Source: a bacterium
Lineage (GTDB): Bacteria; Margulisbacteria; WOR-1; O2-12-FULL-45-9; XYB2-FULL-48-7
Direction: 5' to 3'
DNA: 64,000 nucleotides
Assembly: GCA_043812655.1 (NCBI GenBank)
Contig: JBDRLW010000008.1
Span: 58,384 to 122,383 of the forward strand
Positions 42,892 to 53,712 of this stretch are shown piece after piece. A program made the translations under genes and the position numbers. Position 1 is the first letter of the stretch. Every line of letters begins with the position of its first letter. The notes beneath the pieces are model-generated. The model saw only the letters and a list, made by a program, of their open reading frames with translations, had not been told where the DNA came from and ran no database searches.

Positions 42892-43125
42892 TTATCTTAC
42901 TACCGATCTGCCCTGTTCCAGAGTATACCTTTTCACTAGGTTCGCCTTACCCGCTCCCAATATAACAACCGCTAAAGATACCAAGATAAGCGCCACCGCG
43001 ATAGCTTGACCGGCAAGCTTCACTAAGCCGGCTTCTTTATTGGCCAACACATAAATTATATAAGCAAAACCAATGACCCCAACCAATTGCAAGATCAGAC
43101 ATAAAACAACTCCAATCGCTAACAT
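42892..43125 (-). CDS. Small two-TM protein, tandem duplicate B
   Basis: 77 aa, highly similar to 43209-43442. Confidence 0.75.
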   Translation of the reverse strand: MLAIGVVLCLILQLVGVIGFAYIIYVLANKEAGLVKLAGQAIAVALILVSLAVVILGAGKANLVKRYTLEQGRSVVR

Positions 43126-43157
43126 ATCACTCACCCCCTCTATTTCTCGGATTTTTT

Positions 43158-43200
43158 AAAAAAAAAGGGCGCCTTACAACGTAAGAAAAAGCGCCCTTTT
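43158..43200 (-). terminator. Intrinsic terminator (duplicated with its gene)
   Basis: AAAAGGGCGC...GCGCCCTTTT. Confidence 0.75.
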
Positions 43201-43208
43201 TGTAATCT

Positions 43209-43442
43209 TTATCTTACCACCGATCTTCCAGCTTCTAAGCAGAACCTTTTAACCAGGTTCGCTTTTGGTGCTCCCAATATGGCAACTAATAAAACCATTA
43301 AAACGATCGCCGCGGCAATAGCTTGTCCGGCGAGTTTCACGATGCCGACCTCTTTATTTGCTAATACATAAATTATATAAGCAAAACCAATAACGCCAAG
43401 CGCCTGCAAAATCAAACATAATACTACTCCTATTGCTAACAT
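43209..43442 (-). CDS. Small two-TM protein, tandem duplicate A
   Basis: SD AGGAGG; MLAIGVVLCLILQ...GRSVVR. Confidence 0.75.
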   Translation of the reverse strand: MLAIGVVLCLILQALGVIGFAYIIYVLANKEVGIVKLAGQAIAAAIVLMVLLVAILGAPKANLVKRFCLEAGRSVVR

Positions 43443-43566
43443 AAATTCACCTCCTTTTTCTTAAACGTAAGACTTGAAGCATCAATCAAATTATAAATTT
43501 CAGACAAATGATACATCATATCAACAGAAATTGGAATACCTATTTTGATAAATCGGTTTTTTGGCA

Positions 43567-43935
43567 TCACTTAGTCATCATTTCTTTTCCCATCATCTCT
43601 TTCATCATTTTCATCATCTCCGGGTCTTTCATCATCTTTTTCATCAACATCTTGCCGCCCTTGCCCTCCATCATCATGTTTCCCCTACCCATACCGCCGC
43701 CCATCATTGAGCGATTTTCCCTCATCCCACCGCCATAAACTAAGCCGTAGAAAAAGATGATAATGGCTAATACCGTCATCCCACAGGCAAAGGCCAGGCC
43801 GGTTGTCTTAACATAACCTGATTCCTTCAGCGCTATGGTCCAGACTATATAAGCCAGATTGAGCACCAGCGCCAAAAATAAAAGCGAGTATAAAAAAACC
43901 ATCCAAACGATCCCTCCTCCCATTCCTCCCATCAT
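43567..43935 (-). CDS. Two-TM protein with Met-rich termini
   Basis: SD AGGAGG; Met/Gly/Lys-rich tails; core resembles the duplicates. Confidence 0.7.
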   Translation of the reverse strand: MMGGMGGGIVWMVFLYSLLFLALVLNLAYIVWTIALKESGYVKTTGLAFACGMTVLAIIIFFYGLVYGGGMRENRSMMGGGMGRGNMMMEGKGGKMLMKKMMKDPEMMKMMKEMMGKEMMTK

Positions 43936-43961
43936 AAATATTTCACCTCCTTATTCAAACT

Positions 43962-46094
43962 TTACGCTTTGAACCGCTTCATCAATAATGAATTGGAAAC
44001 GACTGAAACAGAGCTAAACGCCATCGCCGCCCCGGCAATGACCGGATTTAATAATCCGCTGGCCGCGACCGGGATCCCTATTACATTATATATAAAAGCC
44101 CAGAAAAGGTTCTGCTTTATCTTCCGCATGGCATAAGCGCTTAGTTTAATGGCGGTCACCACATCGCGCGGGTCATTTTTGACCAGGACAATTTCCCCTG
44201 CTTCGATCGCGACATCAGTTCCCGACCCGATCGCCATGCCAATATCGGCTTGGGCTAGAGCTGGAGCGTCATTGATCCCATCCCCCACCATCGCCACTTT
44301 CTTGCCGCCAACCTGGAGATCTTTAATCTTAGCCGCTTTATCTTGCGGCAACACTTCGGATAAGACCCGATCGATCCCAACTTGTTTCCCGATCGCTTCA
44401 CCCGTCCGCTTGTTATCACCGGTGATCATCACCACCACTTTTCCCATCTTATGAAGCTGTTCAACTGCGTCTTTCGAATATTGCTTTAAAGTATCGGCTA
44501 CGGCCAGCAAGCCGACCAGGTCATTATTTTTCGCTACGAGCATGACGGTTTTTCCTTGGGCTTCCAGCTCTTGTACCTTATTTCCCATGTCAGCGATAGA
44601 AATATTTTTATTTTGCAGCAACTTACGATTACCAAGCAGAATGGTCGCCCCTTGATAAACCACCTCAACGCCTTTGCCGGAAATAGAGTTAAAAGTTTCG
44701 GGGTCGGGAATATCAATATTTTCCACTTTAGCTTTTTTTATGATCGCTTCAGCCAGTGGGTGCTCCGACCTTTTCTCGGCAATGCCGGCATAAGACAAAA
44801 GCTCGGAACCGCGAATTTCATTCGCAGGTTCCACAGGAATTAAATCCGTAACCTCCGGCTCACCCTTAGTCAACGTTCCTGTTTTATCAAAAACCACGAC
44901 ATCAATTCGCGCGGCTAATTGCAAGGCGCTGGCGCTTTTAATTAAGATGCCATGTTCCGCCCCGATCCCCGTCCCCACCATCACCGCGGTTGGCGTTGCC
45001 AGGCCCAAGGCGCAAGGGCAAGCAATGACTAAAACAGAAATAAAAGCGATCAGCGCGAAGGAAAAGCTTTGGCCAACGAACAGCCAGACAATAAACGCGG
45101 CTAAGCCGATCAAGAGGACGGCCGGGACAAAATAAGCGGAGATCTTATCGGCCAATTCTTCGATCGGCGCTTTGCTCCCCTGTGCCTCTTCAACCAGACG
45201 AATTACCTGGGCCAGGAAAGTATCTTGGCCGATCTTTTCCGCTTTAAATTTAAAAGAACCGGTCTTATTGATCGTTGCCCCAATAACTTTGTCATTGACT
45301 TTCTTTTCGACCGGGAGGCTTTCTCCCGTCACCATCGATTCATCAACACTGGAATGGCCGGAAACGACCGTGCCATCAACGGGGATCTTGCCCCCTGGTT
45401 TAACTATCACAATATCGCCTAATTCAACTTCATTGATCCCGATCTCGATCTCTTTCCCAGCTCTCTCGACCATTGCGGTTTTTGGCTGTAATCCGACCAG
45501 CTTTTTGATCGCGGCTGAAGTTTTCCCTTTCGCCAGCGCTTCAAAATATTTACCGAGCAGGATAAAGGTGACCAAAAATCCGGCCACTTCATAATATCCG
45601 GCTAAATACGCCGCGCCCACTCCCAAAGAAACCAGCGTGTCCATATTGGCGGTTTTGGTTTTTATTAAAGAGCCTAAGCCCCTTTTAAAGAAAATATTGC
45701 CGAAGAGAAACACAATCGGCGTAGCCAGGATAAATTCAACCATCATCGCCTGACGAGCCATAAAAAAGAGGATCAGAATACTCAAAACCAACGCGCCCAA
45801 AAACCGGTATTTCAGCCCATTAATTTCTTGTCTCTGGACCATTTGGTGGTGGTCGTGCCCCCCCTGCGCCATCTTCCCAGTCTCAATCACTTTATAACCA
45901 GTCGCGGTGATCACTTGTTCAATGGCCGCAATATCGGCTAGCGCAGGATCATACTCAACGGTCGCTCGCTCTGAAGCAAAGTTAACATTAGCGGAAATTA
46001 CACCTTCAAAACTGCGCAGGGCATTTTCGATCGAGGTAACACAGGAGGCGCAATGCATGCCAGCAATGGAAATTGATATTTTCTCTCTTGCCAT
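43962..46094 (-). CDS. copA: Cu(I)-translocating P1B ATPase
   Basis: GMHCASC, CPCALG, DKTGT, YN and MAFSS motifs. Confidence 0.92.
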   Translation of the reverse strand: MAREKISISIAGMHCASCVTSIENALRSFEGVISANVNFASERATVEYDPALADIAAIEQVITATGYKVIETGKMAQGGHDHHQMVQRQEINGLKYRFLGALVLSILILFFMARQAMMVEFILATPIVFLFGNIFFKRGLGSLIKTKTANMDTLVSLGVGAAYLAGYYEVAGFLVTFILLGKYFEALAKGKTSAAIKKLVGLQPKTAMVERAGKEIEIGINEVELGDIVIVKPGGKIPVDGTVVSGHSSVDESMVTGESLPVEKKVNDKVIGATINKTGSFKFKAEKIGQDTFLAQVIRLVEEAQGSKAPIEELADKISAYFVPAVLLIGLAAFIVWLFVGQSFSFALIAFISVLVIACPCALGLATPTAVMVGTGIGAEHGILIKSASALQLAARIDVVVFDKTGTLTKGEPEVTDLIPVEPANEIRGSELLSYAGIAEKRSEHPLAEAIIKKAKVENIDIPDPETFNSISGKGVEVVYQGATILLGNRKLLQNKNISIADMGNKVQELEAQGKTVMLVAKNNDLVGLLAVADTLKQYSKDAVEQLHKMGKVVVMITGDNKRTGEAIGKQVGIDRVLSEVLPQDKAAKIKDLQVGGKKVAMVGDGINDAPALAQADIGMAIGSGTDVAIEAGEIVLVKNDPRDVVTAIKLSAYAMRKIKQNLFWAFIYNVIGIPVAASGLLNPVIAGAAMAFSSVSVVSNSLLMKRFKA

Positions 46095-46180
46095 TCCCCG
46101 TAATCTTACCCTTTTCCAAGCAAATAATCAATTATTGTTATAATGACTTTATACTAAGATTACGCGTAATATTTGGCAGA

Positions 46181-47374
46181 TCAGCGATAAAATCCGCGTT
46201 TACGCTTGGTTGACACAGGCCTGGCCGGCTGGTAAAAACTGCTGCCGCTGATCTCGGGATGTTTGGCGATGGGAAGCGGGTTCCTCATTAATTTTTCAAT
46301 ATTGCGGACATCGCCCCGCTGGTCTGGGGTCGCGAACGAGATCGCCCGACCTTCTTCGCCCGCCCGCCCTGTCCGGCCGATCCGATGGATATAATTTTCG
46401 GCGTCTTCCGGCAAGTCGTAATTGATGACCAGTTCGATCCCTTTAACATCAATGCCGCGCGCCGCAATATCGGTCGCTACTAAGATACGGTATCTCCCCG
46501 ATTTGAAACCGTCAAGCGCTTCGCGCCGCTGGCTTAGGGAACGGTTGGAATGTATTTCGGCCGCGGTGTAACCAGCAGACCGCAATCCCGCCGTAATGCG
46601 GCTCGCTCCGCGTTTTGTTCTAGAGAAAAGTAAGACCGTCCCACGATATTGCTCTAACAATTTAAAAAGCAGGGGCGGTTTTTCATCTTTTTTAATAATA
46701 AATAATTCCTGGACTATCTTTTCAGCCGCTGTCCCCGATTTAGCTATTTCCACGCTCACCGGTAATTTCATGTGCCTAGCGGCAATTCGCACGATCTTTT
46801 CCGGGATCGTCGCCGAAAAAAGCATCGTTTGCCGCTCCGTCGGCAAATGGGCCAAGACCCGTTCAATTTGCGGGGCAAACCCCATATCGAGCATCCGGTC
46901 AGCCTCATCAAGAACGAATATTTTAATATCATTCAATCGCAGTGTCCCCTGCCCGAGGTGATCGATCAAACGGCCGGGGGTCGCAATGATCAAGCGAGGG
47001 TTGCGTCGCAGAACCCCGACCTGGTTATACATCGAAGCTCCGCCGATCAAGACCGCTGTTTTTATTGCAAATGAAGAGCTGATCTTGCGAAGCGATTCGT
47101 CAACTTGCAAGGCTAACTCTCTGGTAGGAACAAGAACCAAGCCGCGGCCGTACATATTAGCTAAGCGCTGGATCATCGGGATGCCAAACGCCAATGTTTT
47201 GCCAGTGCCGGTTTGGGCGACACCAATAATATCTTTCCCTTCGATCGCGACCGGGATCGCTTTGAATTGGATCGGAGTTGGGACCTTAAACTTTAGACGT
47301 TCGAGGATCTCTAATATTTTGGGGGCGATACCCAGGCCGTAGAAACTGCTTCCCGGATGACTTTGTGGATTCAT
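46181..47374 (-). CDS. DEAD-box RNA helicase
   Basis: AQTGTGKT, DEAD, SAT and HRIGRTGR motifs. Confidence 0.95.
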   Translation of the reverse strand: MNPQSHPGSSFYGLGIAPKILEILERLKFKVPTPIQFKAIPVAIEGKDIIGVAQTGTGKTLAFGIPMIQRLANMYGRGLVLVPTRELALQVDESLRKISSSFAIKTAVLIGGASMYNQVGVLRRNPRLIIATPGRLIDHLGQGTLRLNDIKIFVLDEADRMLDMGFAPQIERVLAHLPTERQTMLFSATIPEKIVRIAARHMKLPVSVEIAKSGTAAEKIVQELFIIKKDEKPPLLFKLLEQYRGTVLLFSRTKRGASRITAGLRSAGYTAAEIHSNRSLSQRREALDGFKSGRYRILVATDIAARGIDVKGIELVINYDLPEDAENYIHRIGRTGRAGEEGRAISFATPDQRGDVRNIEKLMRNPLPIAKHPEISGSSFYQPARPVSTKRKRGFYR

Positions 47375-47397
47375 TATTATACTATTATAGCACTAAT

Positions 47398-49332
47398 TTA
47401 CCAGATATGGGCCCGTTTATCGGCTGGGAGGGCCATTTTACTGCCGGGTTTGATCCCAAAAGCGGCCGCAAACTCGGGCATATTGGCCAAAACACCATTA
47501 ACCCGGAATTCGTTGGGTGAATGGGGGTTAGTTTTAACGATCAAACTTAAGTATTCTGGCCGGGTTTTGGATTTCCACGATTCGGCCCAAGAAAAGAAGA
47601 AGCGCTGCTCCGGCGTTAAGCCATCAATTGTTGGTTTTGCTTTATCTTTCAAAGAATTTTGCAAAGCAGTATAGGCAATTGATAAACCGCCAAGGTCAGC
47701 AATGTTTTCTCCCAGCGTCAACTCGCCGTTAACTTTTAAACCCGGGGCAACTTCATAGCTTGAATACTGCACCACCAGTTTTTGAGCCCGCTCTTTGAAC
47801 CGCTTGTCATCGCCTTCTGTCCACCAATCACGCAAATTCCCTTTCGAATCATATTTTCTCCCCTGGTCGTCAAAATCATGGGTGATCTCATGGGCTATCA
47901 CCGCGCCAATCGCTCCATAATTGACAGCATCGTCGGCTTTCGGATCAAAGAGGATCGGCTGGAGTATCCCCGCCGGAAAAACAATTTCATTATCGGGAGG
48001 GGAAAAATACGCATTAACGGTTTGCGGCGGCATATGCCACTCTTCTCTATCGGCTGGTTTGCCAATCTTGTCCAGCTCCCGCCGGCTGGCAAAATAATTG
48101 GCCCGCATAATATTGGCCACAAAGCTATCGTCTTTGATCTCCAGCTTGGAATAATCACGCCAGATAGAGGGATAACCGATCTTTACCCGCAAGTGATCAA
48201 GCTTTTTTAACGCTTCATTTTTAGTTGCCTCTTCCATCCAATCAAGCGCTTTGATCCTCTCCCTAGTCGCGGCAATTATATTGGAGGTCAAGGCTAGCAT
48301 TTTTTCTTTTGAGGCGGGCGGGAAATTATCCCGCACATAAATTTTGCCAAGCTCCTCCCCCATTAAGCCGTTAACCGTCCCCACCATCCGTTTCCACAAT
48401 GGAGGAAGCTCTTGCAACCCCAGGAAAGTCTGTTTATAAAACTTAAAATCAGCGTCGACATACTCTTTGCTTAAATACGGCGACATCCCCGCCGCTAATT
48501 GCCAGCGTAAATAAGTTTTTATTTCTTCCAGCGAGTATTTCTCCAAGACCCCATCGAGTCCGGCAAAGAACTCCGGCTGGCCAACATTAATTACTTTTAA
48601 ATCCTTGCACCCCATCAGCGCAAAATATTTCTCAAAGCTTTTTAATTCGCTGGGGAGCCTTTTATTGAAAGTCTGCCGCGGGTCGCGCAACTTAACCTTA
48701 TCCATCGAAACTTTGGCCAGGTCTGTCTCCAAACCTAAAACTATTTCGGCGTTTTTCTTGGCAAGGCTCTTTTTATCACCCAACAAAGAAAAGATTTTTT
48801 CTATGTGCTTCAAATACTTTACCCTGATCTCCGCCGCGCTTTCATCCAGATAATAATCGCGGTCCGGCAGGCCAAGCCCTCCCTGCCAAAGGGTGGCGAT
48901 CATCAGATCGCTATTTTCGGGGTCGTTTTGCGGGCCAAAAGAAAAAAATGGGCTGGCACTATATAAATGTAAATGGGCAATTACTGGCCACAGATCACTT
49001 TTACTTCTAATACTATCGATCTGCTTAAATTCTGCCGCTAGTGGGGCTAACCCATCCCGCTCTCTCTGCTTCTCATCCATGCCCAAAGCAAACAAAGTCC
49101 CGATCTTGGATCTTTTACCTTCTTTTTCTAGTATCTTACGGAGAATTACGGCATTTTTTTCTGACTGTTCGACAAAGAAGCCCCACATCGGCTTGTCAGC
49201 GGGAATTTTGGCTTTCTTGACCCAAGCGCCAACGGCATAATGATAAAAATCATCTGCCGGGTTAACCGTCTTGTCGATCGTATTTAGATCAAGTGCCGAG
49301 GATATCAAGAGCGCCTGTAATAGGATTAACAT
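47398..49332 (-). CDS. M13 family metallopeptidase
   Basis: VNAYF, HEITH and GENIAD motifs. Confidence 0.93.
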   Translation of the reverse strand: MLILLQALLISSALDLNTIDKTVNPADDFYHYAVGAWVKKAKIPADKPMWGFFVEQSEKNAVILRKILEKEGKRSKIGTLFALGMDEKQRERDGLAPLAAEFKQIDSIRSKSDLWPVIAHLHLYSASPFFSFGPQNDPENSDLMIATLWQGGLGLPDRDYYLDESAAEIRVKYLKHIEKIFSLLGDKKSLAKKNAEIVLGLETDLAKVSMDKVKLRDPRQTFNKRLPSELKSFEKYFALMGCKDLKVINVGQPEFFAGLDGVLEKYSLEEIKTYLRWQLAAGMSPYLSKEYVDADFKFYKQTFLGLQELPPLWKRMVGTVNGLMGEELGKIYVRDNFPPASKEKMLALTSNIIAATRERIKALDWMEEATKNEALKKLDHLRVKIGYPSIWRDYSKLEIKDDSFVANIMRANYFASRRELDKIGKPADREEWHMPPQTVNAYFSPPDNEIVFPAGILQPILFDPKADDAVNYGAIGAVIAHEITHDFDDQGRKYDSKGNLRDWWTEGDDKRFKERAQKLVVQYSSYEVAPGLKVNGELTLGENIADLGGLSIAYTALQNSLKDKAKPTIDGLTPEQRFFFSWAESWKSKTRPEYLSLIVKTNPHSPNEFRVNGVLANMPEFAAAFGIKPGSKMALPADKRAHIW

Positions 49333-49627
49333 TTAGATTATTTAAAGTCCCTGCCATTGGATTAGTTAGCTGGTTTTGTAAATTCTGGTTACTTATTAAA
49401 GAAGCGAACATGTCATTCCCTGTTTTATTCTTTTCATCGTCAGGATCGGAGATCAAGCTGTTTAACATATCGTTAAAGCTTTGCGCGATATCGATCAAAG
49501 CTTGGTCCGGATCAAGCGGCTGATTATTGGCAGTCTTGATGCTTGGATCGAGCTTTCCCGCTTTTATGGCGTTGATCTTGTCGGTCAAAGAATAGACATT
49601 CGATAACCCGTCTGAAAGTGAAGTCAT
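49289..49627 (-). CDS. Hypothetical protein
   Basis: SD AGGAGG before MTSLSDG; no family recognised. Confidence 0.55.
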   Translation of the reverse strand: MTSLSDGLSNVYSLTDKINAIKAGKLDPSIKTANNQPLDPDQALIDIAQSFNDMLNSLISDPDDEKNKTGNDMFASLISNQNLQNQLTNPMAGTLNNLNVNPITGALDILGT

Positions 49628-49761
49628 GACGCCTGCCTCCTTTAAACTTCCGCAACAAGTATACCAAGCGTTCAACTTCTGTCAACATCAAAATTGGTCT
49701 TGCTTTTAATAAATGATATGTTATTATATCTAAGCTGAAATAATTTTAGGAGGTAAATGTA

Positions 49762-50769
49762 ATGAGTAAAAGGTTATGGCTCGGTTTAAGCTCGATGTTC
49801 ATTGTGTTTGTAATGCTGTTGGTTGGTTTGACGATTAATGGATGTTCTACCACCGTCAATACTACCACAACAGCGGCTAGCCCGCCTACCGGCACAACAA
49901 CCATTGAGGTGGGCTCCGGTGGTTCCGCTACTTTAACTGCCAATACTAAGACCGGCGCTTGCTCGATCATTGTTGTCGACCAAAACCAAAATCCGATCAA
50001 TAGCACGAATTATCTTAACGTAAACAATATTACGGTAGAAGTATGGACCGTAACAACTGCTACTCAATCCGCTTCGGTCGGTACGCTAACTTACACTGGC
50101 GGTTCCAGTGGTTCTGCCATTTCCTACTGCTTAATGTTGGATCGGAGCGGGAGCATGTTTAATAGTTCTTCAACCATGCCGAGTTTGGAAGCGGCGGCCT
50201 CAACATTTGTTGATAACACTAAATCGACCGACCAGGGCTGTGTTGTCAATTTCGACTCTACTATCAAAGTCGATCAAACGCTGACCACTGACAAGACCCT
50301 GTTGAAGAACGCAATAACTAATGAGAGCGTTTCCGGCGGTGGAACGGCGTTATACGACGCAGTCGTTACGTCAGTTAACACAGTAGACGCTGGCTCAAAT
50401 GCTAGAAAAGCGGTCATCGCTATGACCGACGGAGAAGATAGTGGGGCAAGCACAAACACTCTAACAAGTTGCATCGCTGCTGCCAAAACTTTAAGTATAC
50501 CTGTTTATACGGTGTTACTGGGCACTTCGGTCAATCCTACGGTCTTGCAGCAAATTTCAACCGATACAGGCGGTGTTTACTACAGTGCCGCAACGGCCAC
50601 CGATCTAGCTGCTCTTTATGATAAGATCTCTTCCGCTTTGAGTAGTTCTTGGACGGTTGATTTTACTTCGCCTGTTACCTTTACAACTGGCACAACTTAT
50701 TACGTCAGAATTACTGTGACATACAGTGGCGGCATTACTAATTCTGTCGTCTTTACCGTCACCGTCTAA
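49762..50769 (+). CDS. VWA-domain lipoprotein
   Basis: Lipobox INGC, MIDAS DRSGS, TALYDA and MTDG motifs. Confidence 0.85.
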   Translation: MSKRLWLGLSSMFIVFVMLLVGLTINGCSTTVNTTTTAASPPTGTTTIEVGSGGSATLTANTKTGACSIIVVDQNQNPINSTNYLNVNNITVEVWTVTTATQSASVGTLTYTGGSSGSAISYCLMLDRSGSMFNSSSTMPSLEAAASTFVDNTKSTDQGCVVNFDSTIKVDQTLTTDKTLLKNAITNESVSGGGTALYDAVVTSVNTVDAGSNARKAVIAMTDGEDSGASTNTLTSCIAAAKTLSIPVYTVLLGTSVNPTVLQQISTDTGGVYYSAATATDLAALYDKISSALSSSWTVDFTSPVTFTTGTTYYVRITVTYSGGITNSVVFTVTV

Positions 50770-50789
50770 GTTTAGTTTAAGTTTTCTTG

Positions 50790-50822
50790 AAAAGGCCTCC
50801 GAAATTAATCGGAGGCCTTTTT
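50790..50822 (+). terminator. Intrinsic terminator
   Basis: AAAAGGCCTCCGA...TCGGAGGCCTTTTT. Confidence 0.85.
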
Positions 50823-50889
50823 ATTTGGGGGACCACCACAAGCTACCCGCGCCACTAGCGGTGGAATATTTTTCATTAAAGATTTCTTT

Positions 50890-50921
50890 ATAATACCCCA
50901 CAATTAATTGTGGGGTATTAT
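50890..50921. repeat. Perfect palindrome family, copy 2
   Basis: ATAATACCCCACAATTAATTGTGGGGTATTAT. Confidence 0.9.
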
Positions 50922-50936
50922 GATAGAATTGTGGCT

Positions 50937-52253
50937 ATGGATCTGCCCTCATATCTAAAACCGCTCTTAGGGCCAAAAACAAGAGTTGAAGAGACGCATA
51001 TCGATTATGTCTTGATCGGCCCCAAATACGCTTACAAGATCAAAAAACCGGTCAAGTTTTCTTTTGTCGATTTTTCTACCCTCGCCAGGCGGAAACGCTT
51101 TTGCGAAGAAGAAGTCAATCTTAACCGCCGGTACTCCCCTAGCCTTTATCTTGGCGTTGTCCCGATAGAAGAAAATGGGAAGATCGTAGACTACGCGGTT
51201 AAAATGAAAGCCCTGCCAGCCAAAAAACGGCTCGACATCTTGCTCCACCAAAATAAAGTCACCCGGCCAATGATCAGGACCATCGCCAAAGAAGTGTGGC
51301 GTTTTCATAAGAAAGCCAAACCGGTTTCCGGCCAGTTGTATAATAATTTCAACGACATCCTCCCTTTTATCGGCCGCACTATCAACCAAACAACTTACTA
51401 TAAAATAAAAAGCTTCACCGATTCCTTCCTCCATCACAACCGGCAATTACTGGCGCGGCGGGTTAAAAAGGACCTGCATGGCGACCTCCATTCCAACAAC
51501 ATCTTCTACCTTGATAAACCATATATCTTTGACTGCGTTGAGTTTAATCCAAAGCTTCGCCATATCGACCCGGCGGCCGAGATCAGCTTTTTACTAATGG
51601 ACCTTGAATTCAATAAGAGAGAAGAGTTAGCCAAAGAGTTTTTGGCTGCTTATATAAGTGAAAGCCGCGACTACGCCGCCCTAAAACTAATTAACTTTTA
51701 CAAATGCCATTATGCCTGCGTCCGCGGACTGATCGCCAGCTTGGCCAAAGATCACCGGACCGCCAAAAAATATTTTAAATTGGCCGAAAAATATGCCAGC
51801 GGCCGCCCCCTCTTGATCGCGATCGGCGGGATGATCGGCACGGGGAAAAGTAGTTTGGCCGGGAAGCTTGGGAAAAAACTTGATCTCCCAGTTTTAAATT
51901 CCGACCGGGTGAGAAAAGATTTGGCCGGGCGCGGTCCAAGACTATACACGCCAGCTTTCACGAAAAAAGCCTACTCTTCTCTTTTATCCCGAGGCGAAAC
52001 AATGCTCGACCAAAAAAACGGGGTGATCCTTGACGCGACATTTTCTCCGCCTGGAGTCCGGCAAAAATTAATCGCTCTTTCCAAAAGAAAAAAGGCCGAT
52101 CTTAATTTTATAGAATTAACCGCGCCGCCAAAAACATTATTAAAACGCCTGCGGCAGAGGAAAAAAGGGCTTTCTGAAGCGGGGCCGGAGCTGCTCCCCT
52201 ATTTTATTGAAAACTACCGCTCACCCAAAGAATTCCCGGTGATCAAACCTTAA
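50937..52253 (+). CDS. Bifunctional aminoglycoside-phosphotransferase-like / P-loop kinase protein
   Basis: ETHI, HGDLH, FDCVEFN and GMIGTGKS motifs. Confidence 0.82.
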   Translation: MDLPSYLKPLLGPKTRVEETHIDYVLIGPKYAYKIKKPVKFSFVDFSTLARRKRFCEEEVNLNRRYSPSLYLGVVPIEENGKIVDYAVKMKALPAKKRLDILLHQNKVTRPMIRTIAKEVWRFHKKAKPVSGQLYNNFNDILPFIGRTINQTTYYKIKSFTDSFLHHNRQLLARRVKKDLHGDLHSNNIFYLDKPYIFDCVEFNPKLRHIDPAAEISFLLMDLEFNKREELAKEFLAAYISESRDYAALKLINFYKCHYACVRGLIASLAKDHRTAKKYFKLAEKYASGRPLLIAIGGMIGTGKSSLAGKLGKKLDLPVLNSDRVRKDLAGRGPRLYTPAFTKKAYSSLLSRGETMLDQKNGVILDATFSPPGVRQKLIALSKRKKADLNFIELTAPPKTLLKRLRQRKKGLSEAGPELLPYFIENYRSPKEFPVIKP

Positions 52254-52259
52254 GTTCCA

Positions 52260-52973
52260 TTATTGGGTCAAGGCTGGATCTGCTCCGTCATCCCAAGAAA
52301 CTTCTGAATAATTGGCATCATTTGCGTATTCTCCCGTAGGATTCGTACCGTCAAAAGCGATCCAGTTGGCCCCAACTTTCACTTCCGCCCGGTAATGGAT
52401 CCAAGTTTCTTTGGCAGCATTATTTATTTGGTCATAAGAAAAATTTAAACCTTTGCTCTGCAATTTAACATTTAGCGCGTTATATTCATCTTGGCCCATC
52501 CCATTTTGTCCGCCAGCAACATTGGACATATATTTTTTCCAGGCGGTCATCCTCGTGGTCAAACCATATTTACGCGCTACAGATATATATATTGCCGCGA
52601 AATCCCAACAAACCCCATAAAGTTTGGTTCCCCCCGCCTCCACAGATGTTCGTTCAGTGATCATCTGATTAACCGGAAAGATCCCCGGCATTATATAATT
52701 CCAGCGCATGGAGTAAGAAGCATCCGCGTGATCGTTGGGGGTCGTTAAGGTCATTTTGGCTTTTTGCCAAGTCAGTATATTCGCGGCCGTTTCTGCTTCG
52801 TCTGTACCGGTCAAGCCGGTCGCGCCAATTGTGGCCAGCTCCGCGTCCGTTAAAGTCACGCTCGGGTCAAAGATCGTAAACTTTGTAACCGTGCCACTCC
52901 CTGTAACCGCGCAGCCAAGATAAAAAACCACCGAAACCAAAACTGCCGCCAGCGCCAAATATTTAATTCTCAT
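52260..52973 (-). CDS. Transglutaminase-like lipoprotein
   Basis: Lipobox YLGC; triad GVCWDFA, HYRAEV, FDGT. Confidence 0.65.
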   Translation of the reverse strand: MRIKYLALAAVLVSVVFYLGCAVTGSGTVTKFTIFDPSVTLTDAELATIGATGLTGTDEAETAANILTWQKAKMTLTTPNDHADASYSMRWNYIMPGIFPVNQMITERTSVEAGGTKLYGVCWDFAAIYISVARKYGLTTRMTAWKKYMSNVAGGQNGMGQDEYNALNVKLQSKGLNFSYDQINNAAKETWIHYRAEVKVGANWIAFDGTNPTGEYANDANYSEVSWDDGADPALTQ

Positions 52974-53053
52974 TAAATCACCTCTATTTTCTATTGCCGG
53001 TATTATTATAGCCCAGCGCCCATACTTTTTACATCATCAGATCAAAATGGGGA

Positions 53054-53524
53054 TTATTCATTAATAATAATTGGTTTAAGCCCGGTGCTGATGTTGGGGT
53101 TGACATTAAATATTCCTTTAATAAAATATTTTCCCGGTTTGACTTTGTCCTTCAGATTATCAACCTGATCCCATATTTCCGTAAAAACCAAGTTTTCTCC
53201 AGGCCGCAAAACAATAGGACGAATCGCCATGGTAAAAACCTTTTTGTTTGACCATTGCCAGATTATATTATTATTATCATCCAAGACAATAAAATCATAG
53301 CTTTGTCCAGAGCTAAACACGTCTTTAACGATCGAGCCGCTTTCATTGGATAATATTATTGTTAGCTTGACCGGTTCACCAGCCTGAAAATCATGTTTTT
53401 CCAGGACAAGAACCGGCTGGTATTTATTTTCTGGCGGCAATTTTGGCGCGTTTCCCCAGCCTAAAATAACCATAGTTAATGATGCTAACGCAACGAATAT
53501 GCCGATTTTTTTTATTGTGCTCAT
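53054..53524 (-). CDS. BsuPI-related (intracellular proteinase inhibitor fold) exported protein
   Basis: FSSGQSYDF, WQWS..KVFTMA and LRPGE...WDQ motifs. Confidence 0.7.
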   Translation of the reverse strand: MSTIKKIGIFVALASLTMVILGWGNAPKLPPENKYQPVLVLEKHDFQAGEPVKLTIILSNESGSIVKDVFSSGQSYDFIVLDDNNNIIWQWSNKKVFTMAIRPIVLRPGENLVFTEIWDQVDNLKDKVKPGKYFIKGIFNVNPNISTGLKPIIINE

Positions 53525-53712
53525 TTTTTTCTGAGGATAATTATATAATTCGGTCCTGACTAATAATTCACTTGGTTCGCTTGACGTCGCTCAATTGCTC
53601 TTTTACTCGCAAGAGAACTTGTTTCGAGCAAGCCCCTATTGGATGAGTTCCGCAACTATCTTATTACGAATCCTTTTAGGCTTCAAGAGGCTTTGATATA
53701 ATCTGAAATACA

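Noticed and set aside
49289..49627. Flagellar FlgD/FlgJ-like assignment
   Set aside because: Resemblance is too weak and there is no flagellar context.
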